Below, piece by piece: positions 49,773 through 61,637 of a stretch of 64,000 nt of DNA (the first letter of the stretch is position 1; the number at the start of each line of letters is the position of its first letter). This DNA comes from Paragordius varius. Lineage: Eukaryota; Animalia; Nematomorpha. The stretch lies in assembly GCA_964247055.1 (NCBI GenBank), contig OZ176054.1:1426001-1490000 (forward strand), given 5' to 3'. Below the pieces are notes generated by a model. The model did no database searches. It saw only the letters and a program-made list of their open reading frames with translations, and was not told the DNA's origin. Made by a program: the position numbers and the translations under genes.

Positions 49773-52700
49773 TCTATATACATTTTTAAAAATGAAAAAT
49801 GCTGGCTTTGTGATCTGTTCCCGGATAACCGGTAGACTTATTCAAATCCAAATGTCAAAAAATATAATTAATAATGAATGCCCCGACAATAACTTGGTCC
49901 TTTTTTGAATTAAGCAGCCAGTCTAAGCCCACCCCGTGTAAAAAACGGTTTTTATGAAAACAGAAGTCCACAAAAATCGTGTCTTTGAGACGATTTTTCG
50001 GAACACGTGTTGGACCATTCAATTTTAAATATGATTTTTGTTACCTTATTTTTGATCGCGCCGAACATGGTCGACTCACTTTTTTGATTTAGGCCCTGTT
50101 TTTACCCGCTACCCCCGTAAAATGCCATTTATTTAAAAAAAAACAAAGTCCACAAAAATAATTTTTTGATTGTATTTTTTTGCCCAAGGTATGAGACTGT
50201 AAAAATTAGATAAGGATTTTTCGTATTCCCGTTTAAAAACAAAAATTTTAATCAAGCTTTTGTTTGATGATAGCTGCTGAGTAAGGAGTATCTATCATAT
50301 GCATAGAATGTTAAAAAATATATGGATATTAAAATATTATTTATGGTAATCTATATATTTATAAAAATGGAAAATGCTGGCTTTGTGATCTGGTACCGGA
50401 AAACCGGTAGACCCATTCAAATTCAAACTTCGAAAAAATATAATCATTATTGAATGCCCCGACAATAGCTTCGCCCTTTTTTGAAATAGGCCCCCAGTTC
50501 GGGCTCACGCCGTGTGAAAAACGGGTTTTTTTGAAAAGAGAGTACACAAAAATCGTGTCTTTGAGACAATTTTCTGGAGAACGTTTTGGATCATTCAATT
50601 TCAAATATGATTTTTGTTTACTTATTTTCGATTGCGCCGAACATAGTCGTCTCGCTTTTTTGATTTAGGCCCTCTTTTTACCCGTTACCCCCGTAAAATG
50701 CCATTTTTTTTAAAAAAAACAAAGTCCACAAAAATAATTTTTTGATTGTATTTTTTTACCCAAGGTATGAGACTGTAAAAATTCAATATTCCCTGTTAAA
50801 ACGCAAAAATTTTAGTCAAGCGTTTCTTTGATAATAGCTGCTGAATAAGGAGTATCTATTATATGCATAGGATTTTAAAAAATATATGGATAATAAAATA
50901 TTATTTATGGTAATCTATATATTAAAAATGGAAAATGCTCGCTTTGTGATCTGGTACCGGAAAACCGGTAGACCCATCCAAATTTAATCGAATAATCATT
51001 ATTGAATGCCCCGACAATAGCTCTCCCTTTTTTGAAATAGGCCCCCAGTTCGGGCTCACGCCGTGTAAAAAACGGGTTTTTTTGAAAACAGAGTCCACAA
51101 AAATCGTGTCTTTGAGACAATTTTCTGGAGAACGTTTTGGATTATTCAATTTCATTATTTTTGTTTACTTATTTTCGATTGCGCCGAACATAGTCGTCTC
51201 GCTTTTTTAATTTAGGCCCTCTTTTTACCCGCTCCCCCCCTTAAAATGCCTTTTGTCAAAAAAAATAAAGTCCACGAAAATAATTTTTTAAATCTATTTT
51301 TCGCCCTTGGTATGATTTCACGTATTCCCTGTTAAAAGGCAAAAATTTTATTCCAGCGTTTCTATGATGATAGCTGCTGGGCAAGGAACTACACGCTAAA
51401 AACTGATTTTTCATTTAACTTTGTGATCTGCCTTCGGAAAACCGGTGAACCCAATCAAATCCAAACATCGAAAAAATATAATCTTTAATTAATGCCCCGA
51501 CAATAGCTTCGCCCTTTTTTTGAAATATCCCCAGAGTGGGCCCACCCCTGTTAGAAAAACGGGTTGAGACAATTTTCGGGAGAACGTGTTGGACCATTCA
51601 ATTTCAAATATGATTTTTGTTTTATTTTTGATCGCGCCGAACATAGTCGTCTCACTTTTTTGATTTAGGCCCTCTTTTTATCCGCTACCCCCGTAAAATG
51701 CCATTTTTTTCAAAAAAAACAGTCCACAAATATAATTTTTGATTTTATTTTTTTGCCCAAAGTATGAGACTGTAAAAATTCAATAAGGATTTTTCGTATT
51801 CCCGTTTAAAAACAAAAATTTTTGTCAAGCGTTTGTTAGATGATAGCTGCTGAGTATGGAGTATCGATCATATGTATAGGATGTTAAAAAATATATGTAT
51901 AATAAAATATTATTTATGGTAATCTATATATTTATAAAATTGGAAAATGCAGGATTTGTAATCTGCTACCGGAAAACCGGTAGACCCATTCAAATCCAAA
52001 CTTCAAAAAAATATAATCATTATTGAATGCCCCCACAATTACTTCGCCCGTGTTTTGAAATAGGCCCCCAGTTCGGGCTCACCCCGTGTGAAAAACGGGA
52101 GACAATTTTCCGGAGAACGTGTTGGACCATTCAATTTCAAATAAGTTTGGTTTACTTATTTTTGATTGCGCCAAACATAGTTGTCTCACTTTTTTGATTT
52201 AGGCCCTCTTTTTACCCGCTACCCCCGTAAAATGCCATTTTTTTCAAAAAACAAAGTAATAATATTTTAATTGTATTTTTGCCCAAGGTATGAGACTGTA
52301 AAAATTCATTAAAGATTTTTCGTATTCCCTGTTAAAAGGCAAAAATTTTAGTCAAGCGTTTCTTTGATGATAGCTGCTGAGTAAGGAGTATCTATCATAT
52401 GCATAGGATGTTAAAAATTATAAAATAAAACATTATTTATGGTAATCTATATATTTATAATAATGGAAAATGCTGGCTTTTTTGATCTGGTACCGGAAAA
52501 CCGGTAGCCCTATTCAAATTTAAACTTCGAAAAAATATAATTATTATTTAATGCCCCGACAATAGATTCGCCCTTTTTAATAGGCCCCCAGTTAGGGCCC
52601 ACCCCGTGTGAAAAACGGGTTTTTTTGAAAATAGAAGTCCACAAAAATCGTGTCTTTGAGACAATTTTCTGGAGAACGTGTTGGATCATTCAATTTCAAA

Positions 52701-55700
52701 TATGATTTTTGTTTACTTATTTTTGACCGCGCCGAACATGGTCGACTCGCTTTTTTGATTTAGGCCCTCTTTTTACCCGCTACCCCCGTAAAATGCCATT
52801 TTTTTAAAAAAAACAAAGTCCACAAAAATAATTTTTTGATTGTATTTTTTTGCCCAAGGTATGAGATTGTAAAAATTAGATAAGGATTTTTCGTATTCCC
52901 GTTTAAAAACAAAAATTTTAATCAAGCTTTTGTTTGATGATAGCTGCTGAGTAAGGAGTATCTATCATATGCATAGGATGTTAACAAATATATGGATATT
53001 AAAACATTATTTATGGTAATCTATATATTTATAATAATGGAAAATGCTGGCTTTTTTGATCTGGTACCGGAAAACCGGTAGCCCTATTCAAATTTAAACT
53101 TCGAAAAAATATAATTATTATTTAATGCCCCGACAATAGATTCGCCCTTTTTAATAGGCCCCCAGTTCGGGCCCACCCCGTGTGAAAAACGGGTTTTTTT
53201 GAAAACAGAGTCCACAAAAATCGTGTCTTTGAGACAATTTTCTGGAGAACGTGTTGGATAATTCAATTCAAATATGATTTTTGTTTACTAATTTTTGATC
53301 GCGCCGAACATGGTCGACTCACTTTTTTGATTTAGGCCCTCTTTTTATCCGCTACCCCCGTAAAATGCTATTTTTTTCTAAAAAACAAAGTCGACAAAAA
53401 TAATTTTTTAAATCTATTTTTCGCCCGAGGTATGAGGCCGTAAAAATGCATTATTGCTTCCCGTATTCCCTGTTAAAAGGCAAAAAATTTAGTCAAGCGT
53501 TTCTTTGATGATAGCTGCTGGGTAAGGAGCTACCCGCTAAAAACTGATTTGTCATATAACTTTGTGATCTGTTTCCGGAAAACCGGTGTACCCAATCAAA
53601 TCCAAATTTTCGCAAAATTATAATCATTAATAAATGTCCCGACAATAACTTCGCCCTTTTTTGGAATTAGGTGGCCAGTTCGGGCCTACCCCGTGTTAAA
53701 AATGGGTTAAGTCAATTTTCCGGAGAGCGGTTGGACCATTCAATTTCAAATATGATTTTTGTTTACTTATTTTTGATCGCGCCAAACATAGTCGTCTCAC
53801 TTTTTTGATTTAGGCCCTCGTTTTACCCGCTACCCCCGCAAATTGCCATTTTTTTCAAAAAACAAAGTCCAAAAAAATAATTATAATCTATTTTTTGCCC
53901 TAGGTATGAGACCGTAAAGATTCAATATTGATTCCACGTGTTACCTGTTAAAAGGCAAAAATTTTAGTCAAACGTTTCTTTGATGATAGCTGCTGAGTAA
54001 AGAGTATCTATCATATGCATAGGATGTTAAAAATTATAAAATAAAACATTATTTATGGTAATCTATATATTTATAAAAATGGAAATGGCTGGCTTTGTGA
54101 TCTGGTCCCGGAAGACCGGGAGACCCATTCAAATTCAAACTTCGAAAAAATATAATCATTATTGAATGCCCCGACAATAGCTTCGCTCTTTTTTTGAAAT
54201 AGGCCCCCAGTTCAAGCCCACCCCGTGATAAAAACGGGTTTTGAAAACAGTCCACAAATATTGTGTCTTTGAGACAATTTTCTGGAGAATGTGTTGGATC
54301 ATTCAATTTTAACTATGATTTTTGTTTACTTATTTTCGATTGCGCCGAACATAGTCGTCTCGCTTTTTTGATTTAAGCCCTCTTTTTACCCGCTACCCCC
54401 GGAAAATGCCATTTTTTCAAAAAAAACAAAGTCCACAAATATAATTTTTTGATTGTATTTTTTTGCCCAAGGTATGAGACTGTAAAAATTTAATATGGAT
54501 TCCACTTATTCCCTGTTAAAAGGGAAAAATTTTAGTCAAGCGTTTCTTTGATGATAGTTGCTGAGTAAGGAGTAGCTATCATATGCATAGGATGTTAAAA
54601 AATATATGGATAATAAAACATTATTTATGGTAATCTATATATTTATAAAAATGGAAAATGCTGACTTTGTGATCTGGTACCGGAAAACCGGTAGACTCAT
54701 TCAAATTCCAACTTCGAAAAAATATAATCATTATTGAATGCCCCGACAATAGCTTCGCCCTTTTTTTAAAATAAGCCCCTAATTCGGGCCCACCCCGTGA
54801 CAAAAACGGGTTTTTTTGAAAACAGAGTCCACAAAAATCGTGTAGCTGAGACAATTTTCTGGAGAACGTGTTGGATCATTCAATTTTGATTTTAGTTTAC
54901 TAATTTTCGATAGTCGTCTCGGTTTTGGGTTTAAGCCCTCTTTTTACCCGCTTCCACCCCTAAAATGCCATTTTTTTCAAAAAACAAAGTCCAAAAAAAT
55001 AATTTTTTGATTAAATTTTTTGCCCAAGGTATGAGACTGTAAAAATTCAATATGGATTCCACGTATTCCCTGGTAATTAAATGGCAAAAGTTTTAGTCAA
55101 GCGTTTCTTTGATGATAGCTGCTGACTATGGAGTATCTATCATATGTATAGGATGTTAAAAAATATATGTATAATAAAACATTATTTATGGTAATCTATA
55201 TATTTATAAAAATGGAAAATGCTGGCTTTGTGATCTGATACCGAAAACCGGTAGACCCATTCAAATCCAAACTTAGAAAAAATATAATCATTAATGAATG
55301 CCCCGACAATAGCTTCGCCCGATTTTTGAAATAGGCCCCTAGTTCGGGCCCACCCCGTGAGAAAAACGGTTTTTTTTAAAACAGAGTCAACAAAAATCGT
55401 GTCTTTTTGTACAATTTTCTGGAGAACGTGTTGGATCATTTATTTTTGATTTTTGTTTACTTTTCGATAGTGCTGAACAGAGTCGTCTCGCTTTTATGAT
55501 TTAGGCCCTGTTACCCGTTCCCCCCGTAAAATCCCATTTTTTTCAAAATCAAAGTCCACAAAAATAATTTTTCAAATCTATTTTTCGCCCTAAGTATGAG
55601 ACCGTACAAATGCAATATTGATTCCACGTATTCCCTGTTAAAAGGCAAAAATTTTAGTCAAGCGTTTCTTTGATGATAGCTGCTGGGTATGGAGCTACCC

Positions 55701-58700
55701 GCTAAAAAGTGATTTGCCATGTAACTTTCCTTATCTGTTTCCGGAAAACCGGAGGACCCAATCAAATCCAAATATCGCAAAATAATCATCAATAAATGTT
55801 CCGACAATAGATTCTCACTTTTTTGGAATTAGGTCCCCAGTTCGGGCCTACCCCGTGTGAAAAATGTGTTAAGACAATTTTCCGGAGAACGCTTGGACCA
55901 TTCAATTTCAAATACGATTTCTGTTTACTTATTTTCGATTGCGCTAAACATAGTCGTCTCGCTTTTTTGATTTAGGCCTATTTTTACCCGCTTACCCCGT
56001 ATGCCATTTTTTTCAAAAAAAATAGCGTCCACGAAATTTTTTAAATCTATTTTTCGCCTTTGGTATGAGACCGTAAAAATGCAATATTGATTCCAGGTAT
56101 TCCCCGTTATAGGGCAAAAATTTTACTCAAGCGTTTCTATGATGATAGCTGCTGGGTAAGGAGCTACCCGTTAAAAACTGATTCGTCATGTAACTTTGTG
56201 ATCTGTTTCCGGAAAACCGGTTGAGCCAATCAAATCCAAATATCGCAAAATTACAATCATTAATAAATGTCCCGACAATACCTTCTCCCTTTTTTGGAAT
56301 TAGGTCTCCGGTTCGGGCCTACCCCGTGTGAAAAACGGGTTGAGACAATTTTCTGGAGAACGGGTTGGATCATTCAATTTTGATTTTAGTTTACTAATTT
56401 TCGATTGCGCTGAACATAGTCGTCTGGCTTTTTGGATTTAAGCCCTATTTTACCCGCTTCCTCCCGTAAAATGCCATTTTTTACAAAAAATAAAGTCCAA
56501 AAAAATGATTTTTATTGTATTTTTTTGCCCAAGGTATGAGACCGGAAAGATTCAATATGGATTCCACGTATTCCCTGTTAAATGGCAAAAATTTTAGTCA
56601 AGCGTTTCTTTGATGATAATTGCTGAGTAAGGAGTATCTATCATATTCATAGGATGTTAAAAAATATATGGATAATAAAACATTATTTATGGTAATCTAT
56701 ATAATTATAAAAATGGAAAATGCTGGCTTTGTGATCTGGTACCGGAAAATCGGTAGTTCAAATTCAAACTTCGCAAATAATCATTAAATGCCCCGACAAT
56801 AGCTTCGCCCATTTTTTGAAATAGGCCCCCTGTTCGGGCTCACCCCATGTAAAAAACGGGTTTTATTTGAAAACAACGTCCACAAAAATCGTGTCTTTGA
56901 GACAATTTCTTGAGAACGTTTTGGATTATTCAATTTCAAATATGATTTTTGTTTACTAATTTTCGATTGCGCTGAACATAGTCGTCTCGCTTTTTATATT
57001 TAGGCCCTCTTTTTACCTGCTCCCCCCGTAAAATGCCATTTTTTTCAAAAAACAAAGTCCACAAAAATAATTTTTTGATTGTATTTTTTCGCCCAAGGTA
57101 TGAGACTGTAAAAATTCAATAGGGATTTTTCGTATTCCCTGTTAAAAGGCAAAAATTTTAGTCAAGCGTTTCTTTGATGATAGTTGCTGAGTAAGGAGTA
57201 TCTATCATATGCATAGGATGTTAAAAAATATATGGATAATAAAACATTATTTATGGTAATCTATATATTTATAAAAATGGAAAATGCTGGCTTTGTGATC
57301 TGGTACCGGAAAATCGGTAGTTCAAATTCAAACTTCGCAAATAATCATTAAATGCCCCGACAATACCTTCGCCCATTTTTTGAAATAGGCCCCCTGTTCG
57401 GGCCCACGTGTGAAAAACGGGTTTTTTTGAAAACAGAGTCCACAAAAATTGTGTCTTTGAGACAATTTTCTGGAGAACGTGTTGAACCATTCAATTTAAA
57501 TTTTAATTTTTGTTTCCTAATTTTCGATTGCGTTGAACATAGTCGTCTCACTTTTTGAATTTAGGCCCTCTTCTTACCCGCTCCCCCCGTAAAATGCTAT
57601 TTTTTACAAAAAATAAAGTCAAAATAATGATTTTTATTGTATTTTTTTGCCCAAGGTATGAGACTGTAAAAATTCAATAAGGATTTTTTGTATTCCCTGT
57701 TAAATGGCAAAAATTTTAGTCAAGCGTTTCTTTGATGATAGTTGCTGAGTAAGGAGTATCTATCATATGCATAGGATGTTAAAAAATATATAGATAATAA
57801 AACATTATTTATGGTAATCTATATATTTATAAAAATGGAAAATGCTGGCTTTGTGATCTGGTACCGGAAAATCGGTAGTTCAAATTCCAACTTCGCAAAT
57901 AATCATTAAATGCCCCGACAATAGCTTCGCCCATTTTTTGAAATAGACCCCCTGTTCGGGCCCACGTGTGAAAAACGGGTTTTTTTGAAAACAGAGTCCA
58001 CAAAAATTGTGTCTTTGAGACAATTTTCTGGAGAACGTGTTGAACCATTCAATTTCAATTTTGATTTTTGTTTCCTATATCTCGATTGCGCTGAACATAG
58101 TCGTCTCGCTTTTTATATTTAGGCCCTCTTCTTACCGGCTCCCCCCGTAAAATGCTATTTTTTACAAAAAATAAAGTCCAAAAAAATGATTTTTATTGTA
58201 TTTTTTTGCCCAAGGTATGAGACCGGAAAGATTCAATATGGATTCCACGTATTCCCTGTTAAATGGCAAAAATTTTAGTCAAGCGTTTCTTTGATGATAA
58301 TTGCTGAGTAAGGAGTATCTATCATATTCATAGGATGTTAAAAAATATATGGATAATAAAACATTATTTATGGTAATCTATATAATTATAAAAATGGAAA
58401 ATGCTGGCTTTGTGATCTGGTACCGGAAAATCGGTAGTTCAAATTCAAACTTCGCAAATAATCATTAAATGCCCCGACAATAGCTTCGCCCATTTTTTGA
58501 AATAGGCCCCCTGTTCGGGCTCACCCCATGTAAAAAACGGGTTTTATTTGAAAACAACGTCCACAAAAATCGTGTCTTTGAGACAATTTCTTGAGAACGT
58601 TTTGGATCATTCAATTTCAAATATGATTTTTGTTTACTAATTTTCGATTGCGCTGAACATAGTCGTCTCGCTTTTTATATTTAGGCCCTCTTCTTACCCG

Positions 58701-59840
58701 CTCCCCCCGTAAAATGCTATTTTTTACAAAAAATAAAGTCCAAAAAAATGATTTTTATTGTATTTTTTTGCCCAAGGTATGAGACCGGAAAGATTCAATA
58801 TGGATTCCACGTATTCCCTGTTAAATGGCAAAAATTTTAGTCAAGCGTTTCTTTGATGATAGTTGCTGAGTAAGGAGTATCTATCATATGCATAGGATGT
58901 TAAAAAATATATGGATAATAAAACATTATTTATGGTAATCTATATATTTATAAAAATGGAAAATGCTGGCTTTGTGATCTGGTACCGGAAAATCGGTAGT
59001 TCAAATTCAAACTTCGTAAATAATCATTAAATGCCTCGACAATAGCTTCGCCCATTTTTTGAAATAGGCCCCCTGTTCGGGCTCACCCCATGTAAAAAAC
59101 GGGTTTTATTTGAAAACAACGTCCACAAAAATCGTGTCTTTGAGACAATTTCTTGAGAACGTTTTGGATCATTCAATTTCAAATATGATTTTTGTTTACT
59201 AATTTTCGATTGCGCTGAACATAGTCGTCTCGCTTTTTATATTTAGGCACTCTTTTTACCTGCTCCCCCCGTAAAATGCCATTTTTTTCAAAAAACAAAG
59301 TCCACAAAAATAATTTTTTGATTGTATTTTTTCGCCCAAGGTATGAGACTGTAAAAATTCAATAAGGATTTTTCGTATTCCCTGTTAAAAGGCAAAAATT
59401 TTAGTCAAGCGTTTCTTTGATGATAGTTGCTGAGTAAGGAGTATCTATCATATGCATAGGATGTTAAAAAATATATGGATAATAAAACATTATTTATGGT
59501 AATCTATATATTTATAAAAATGGAAAATGCTGGCTTTGTGATCTGGTACCGGAAAATCGGTAGTTCAAATTCAAACTTCGTAAATAATCATTAAATGCCT
59601 CGACAATAGCTTCGCCCATTTTTTGAAATAGGCCCCCTGTTCGGGCTCACCCCGTGTGAAAAACGGGTTTTTTTGAAAACAGAGTCTACAAAATCGCTTT
59701 GAGACAATTTTCTGAACGTGTTGGGTCATTCAATTTCAAATATGATTTTTGTTTACTTATTTTCGATCGCCGAACATAGTCGTATCGCTTTTTTAATTTA
59801 GTCCCTATTTTTACTAGCTCCCCCCGTAAAATGCCATTTT
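49773..59840 (+). repeat. Satellite-like tandem array, 19 units of ~430-580 bp (mostly ~560)
   Basis: A-type unit starts (TCTATA) at 49773, 50350, 50914, 51923, 52446, 53020, 54062, 54634, 55195, 56696, 57260, 57818, 58377, 58939 and 59503. B-type junctions lie near 51390, 53530, 55690 and 56260. Confidence 0.95.
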
Positions 59841-59857
59841 TCCTCCCCCACCCCCCA

Positions 59858-59908
59858 GAAGTCCGAAGGACTTCCTCGGGCTGCGTAGCTGCACGAGATT
59901 TACGCTAG
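59858..59908 (+). terminator. Double hairpin + CTAG (Helitron-type 3' termination signal)
   Basis: GAAGTCC-GAA-GGACTTC (59858-59874, perfect 7-bp stem), then a 10-bp stem with 2 mismatches (59875-59897), then CTAG. Confidence 0.7.
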
Positions 59909-60170
59909 TATATCATAAATTATATTTTTTTAGTTTCGTGGTGGTTAAATACTATATATGTTGTGAAATTAAAGTATTATTTAATAATTATTTTAAATGT
60001 TTGATCAGAGCGCCATGGCTGTTTGGAATCGGAAAAATTGAATATAACTATCACTTTTTCTGCTAATGTCATAAATTTAAACCTTTGCACATGAAATGTT
60101 TGAAAAACTTTATTTTGAAATATATTTTTTACAGTGTATATTGACCTATCTGCACTATTATTTAATAGTA

Positions 60171-61637
60171 TACCATTTTTCATGCAAAAACATTTTTTCA
60201 ACCAAATGCAACATTTTTTCAAGCAAACGCAACATTTTTCATGCAAAAACATCATTTTTTCAACCAAATGCAACATTTTTTCAAGCAAACGCAACATTTT
60301 TTCAAGCAAAGACAACATTTTTTCAAGCAAACGCAACATTTTTTCAAGCAAAGACAACAATTTTTCAAGCAAACGCAACATTTTTTCAAGCAAACGCAAC
60401 ATTTTTTCATCCAAATGCAACATTTTTTCAACCAAACGCAACATTTTTTCAACCAAAGACAACATTTTTTCAAGCAAAAACAACAATTTTTAAATATTAA
60501 AAATATTTTTTATTTTAGGACATATTAAATTTAAAGTTAATGCAAATTAATTTTAGCGTAGAATTATGATTTTTATTATTTTATCATCAATATGTGATGG
60601 TATGATTGATTTTCAAACATAATTTTGCCCATAAATTGCATTGTTTATATTATTTTTTTTCTTTTACAACAGTTTCACTTAATCAATAAATACAACTTGC
60701 GCTTAAATAGTGTCTTGTTTAAAGTTTCTTTCATTTTTTTGCAAACAACCGTTTTTGTATGTTATCTATTTTTTTAAATTTTAACTAATATCTTTATTTA
60801 TTAGTATTTGAATCAAAAATAATATTTTTATAGTAAAAACATCTTTATTTGTTTCGAACTAATTTCTTTAAATCCATATTATTAACTTATTAATGTTTTA
60901 AACTAAATATTACGATTAATAACCCACAAATCCTAGATGTTTAATAATGTTAAATTTTTTATAAAAAATAATATTGGTATACGGTTCTTATGAAAGAAAT
61001 GGTATTCCCTTAAAAGTTTAGGAAATAAAGAAAATAGGTTAATGATAGGATAGATGAATATAATATTACTTGATTAATAAAAGTTAGGATCAAAATTAAA
61101 ATATTGAAGACCAAATTAAAGTGTTCTAGGACCAACTTTAAATTTTCAAGGACAATCTTGAAGCGCAAAATGTATAGACTGATAAGGTTAAACTAAAGTT
61201 GTAAAAGAAAAAATAATATAAATAATGCAATTTATGGGCAAAATTTTGTTTGAAAATCAATCATACCATCACATATTGATGATAAAATAATAAAAATCAT
61301 AATTCTAAGCTAAAATTAATTTGCATTAACTTTAAATTTAATATGTCTTAAAATAAAAAAATGGTTTTTAATATTTAAAAATTGTTGTTTTTGCTTGAAA
61401 AAATGTTGTCTTTGGTTGAAAAAATGTTGCGTTTGGTTGAAAAAATGTTGCATTTGGATGAAAAAATGTTGCGTTTGCTTGAAAAATGTTGCGTTTGCTT
61501 GAAAAATTGTTGTCTTTGCTTGAAAAAATGTTGCGTTTGCTTGAAAAAATGTTGTCTTTGCTTGAAAAAATGTTGCGTTTGGTTGAAAAAATGTTGCATT
61601 TGGTTGAAAAAATGATGTTTTTGCATGAAAAATGGTA
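60171..61637. mobile_element. MITE/foldback family C (TA-CCATTTTTCATGCAAAAAC TIR; 21-bp repeat TTTTTTCAAGCAAACGCAACA)
   Basis: Inverted arms ~60171-60680 and ~61190-61637, including the 21-mer arrays and AT-rich inner parts; TA-flanked. Confidence 0.88.
60690..61176 (-). mobile_element. Degenerate MITE family A nested at the centre of the family C element
   Basis: TACAACTTGCGCTTAAATAGTGTCTTG ... GACCAACTTTAAATTTTCAAGGACAATCTTGAAGCGCAAAATGTA; the internal TATACGGTT...AAAATAGGTTAA matches the 45801 copy. Confidence 0.6.

Larger units (their letters stand above)
49773..59908 (+). mobile_element. Non-autonomous Helitron-like element (~10.1 kb) with internal tandem array
   Basis: 5' A|TCTATATACATTTTTAAAAATG. 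The 3' end has the hairpin CTCGGGCTGC-GTA-GCTGCACGAG (59875-59897), a 7-nt spacer and CTAG|T (59905-59908). It is inserted between A and T with no TSD. No Rep/Hel coding sequence was seen. Confidence 0.72.

Noticed and set aside
50359-58048. Recurrent 60-85-aa ORFs in the tandem array (RSPENCLKDTIFVDSVFKK...)
   Set aside because: Frames shift freely between units through homopolymer indels, and there is no conserved start/stop or recognisable Rep/helicase motif.
49773-59840. Array considered as a 5S/SL/snRNA gene cluster or CRISPR (CCCAAGGTATGAG is vaguely SL1-like)
   Set aside because: No recognisable RNA-gene consensus or Sm-site context, units are ~560 bp without unique spacers, no cas genes, and the genome is eukaryotic.
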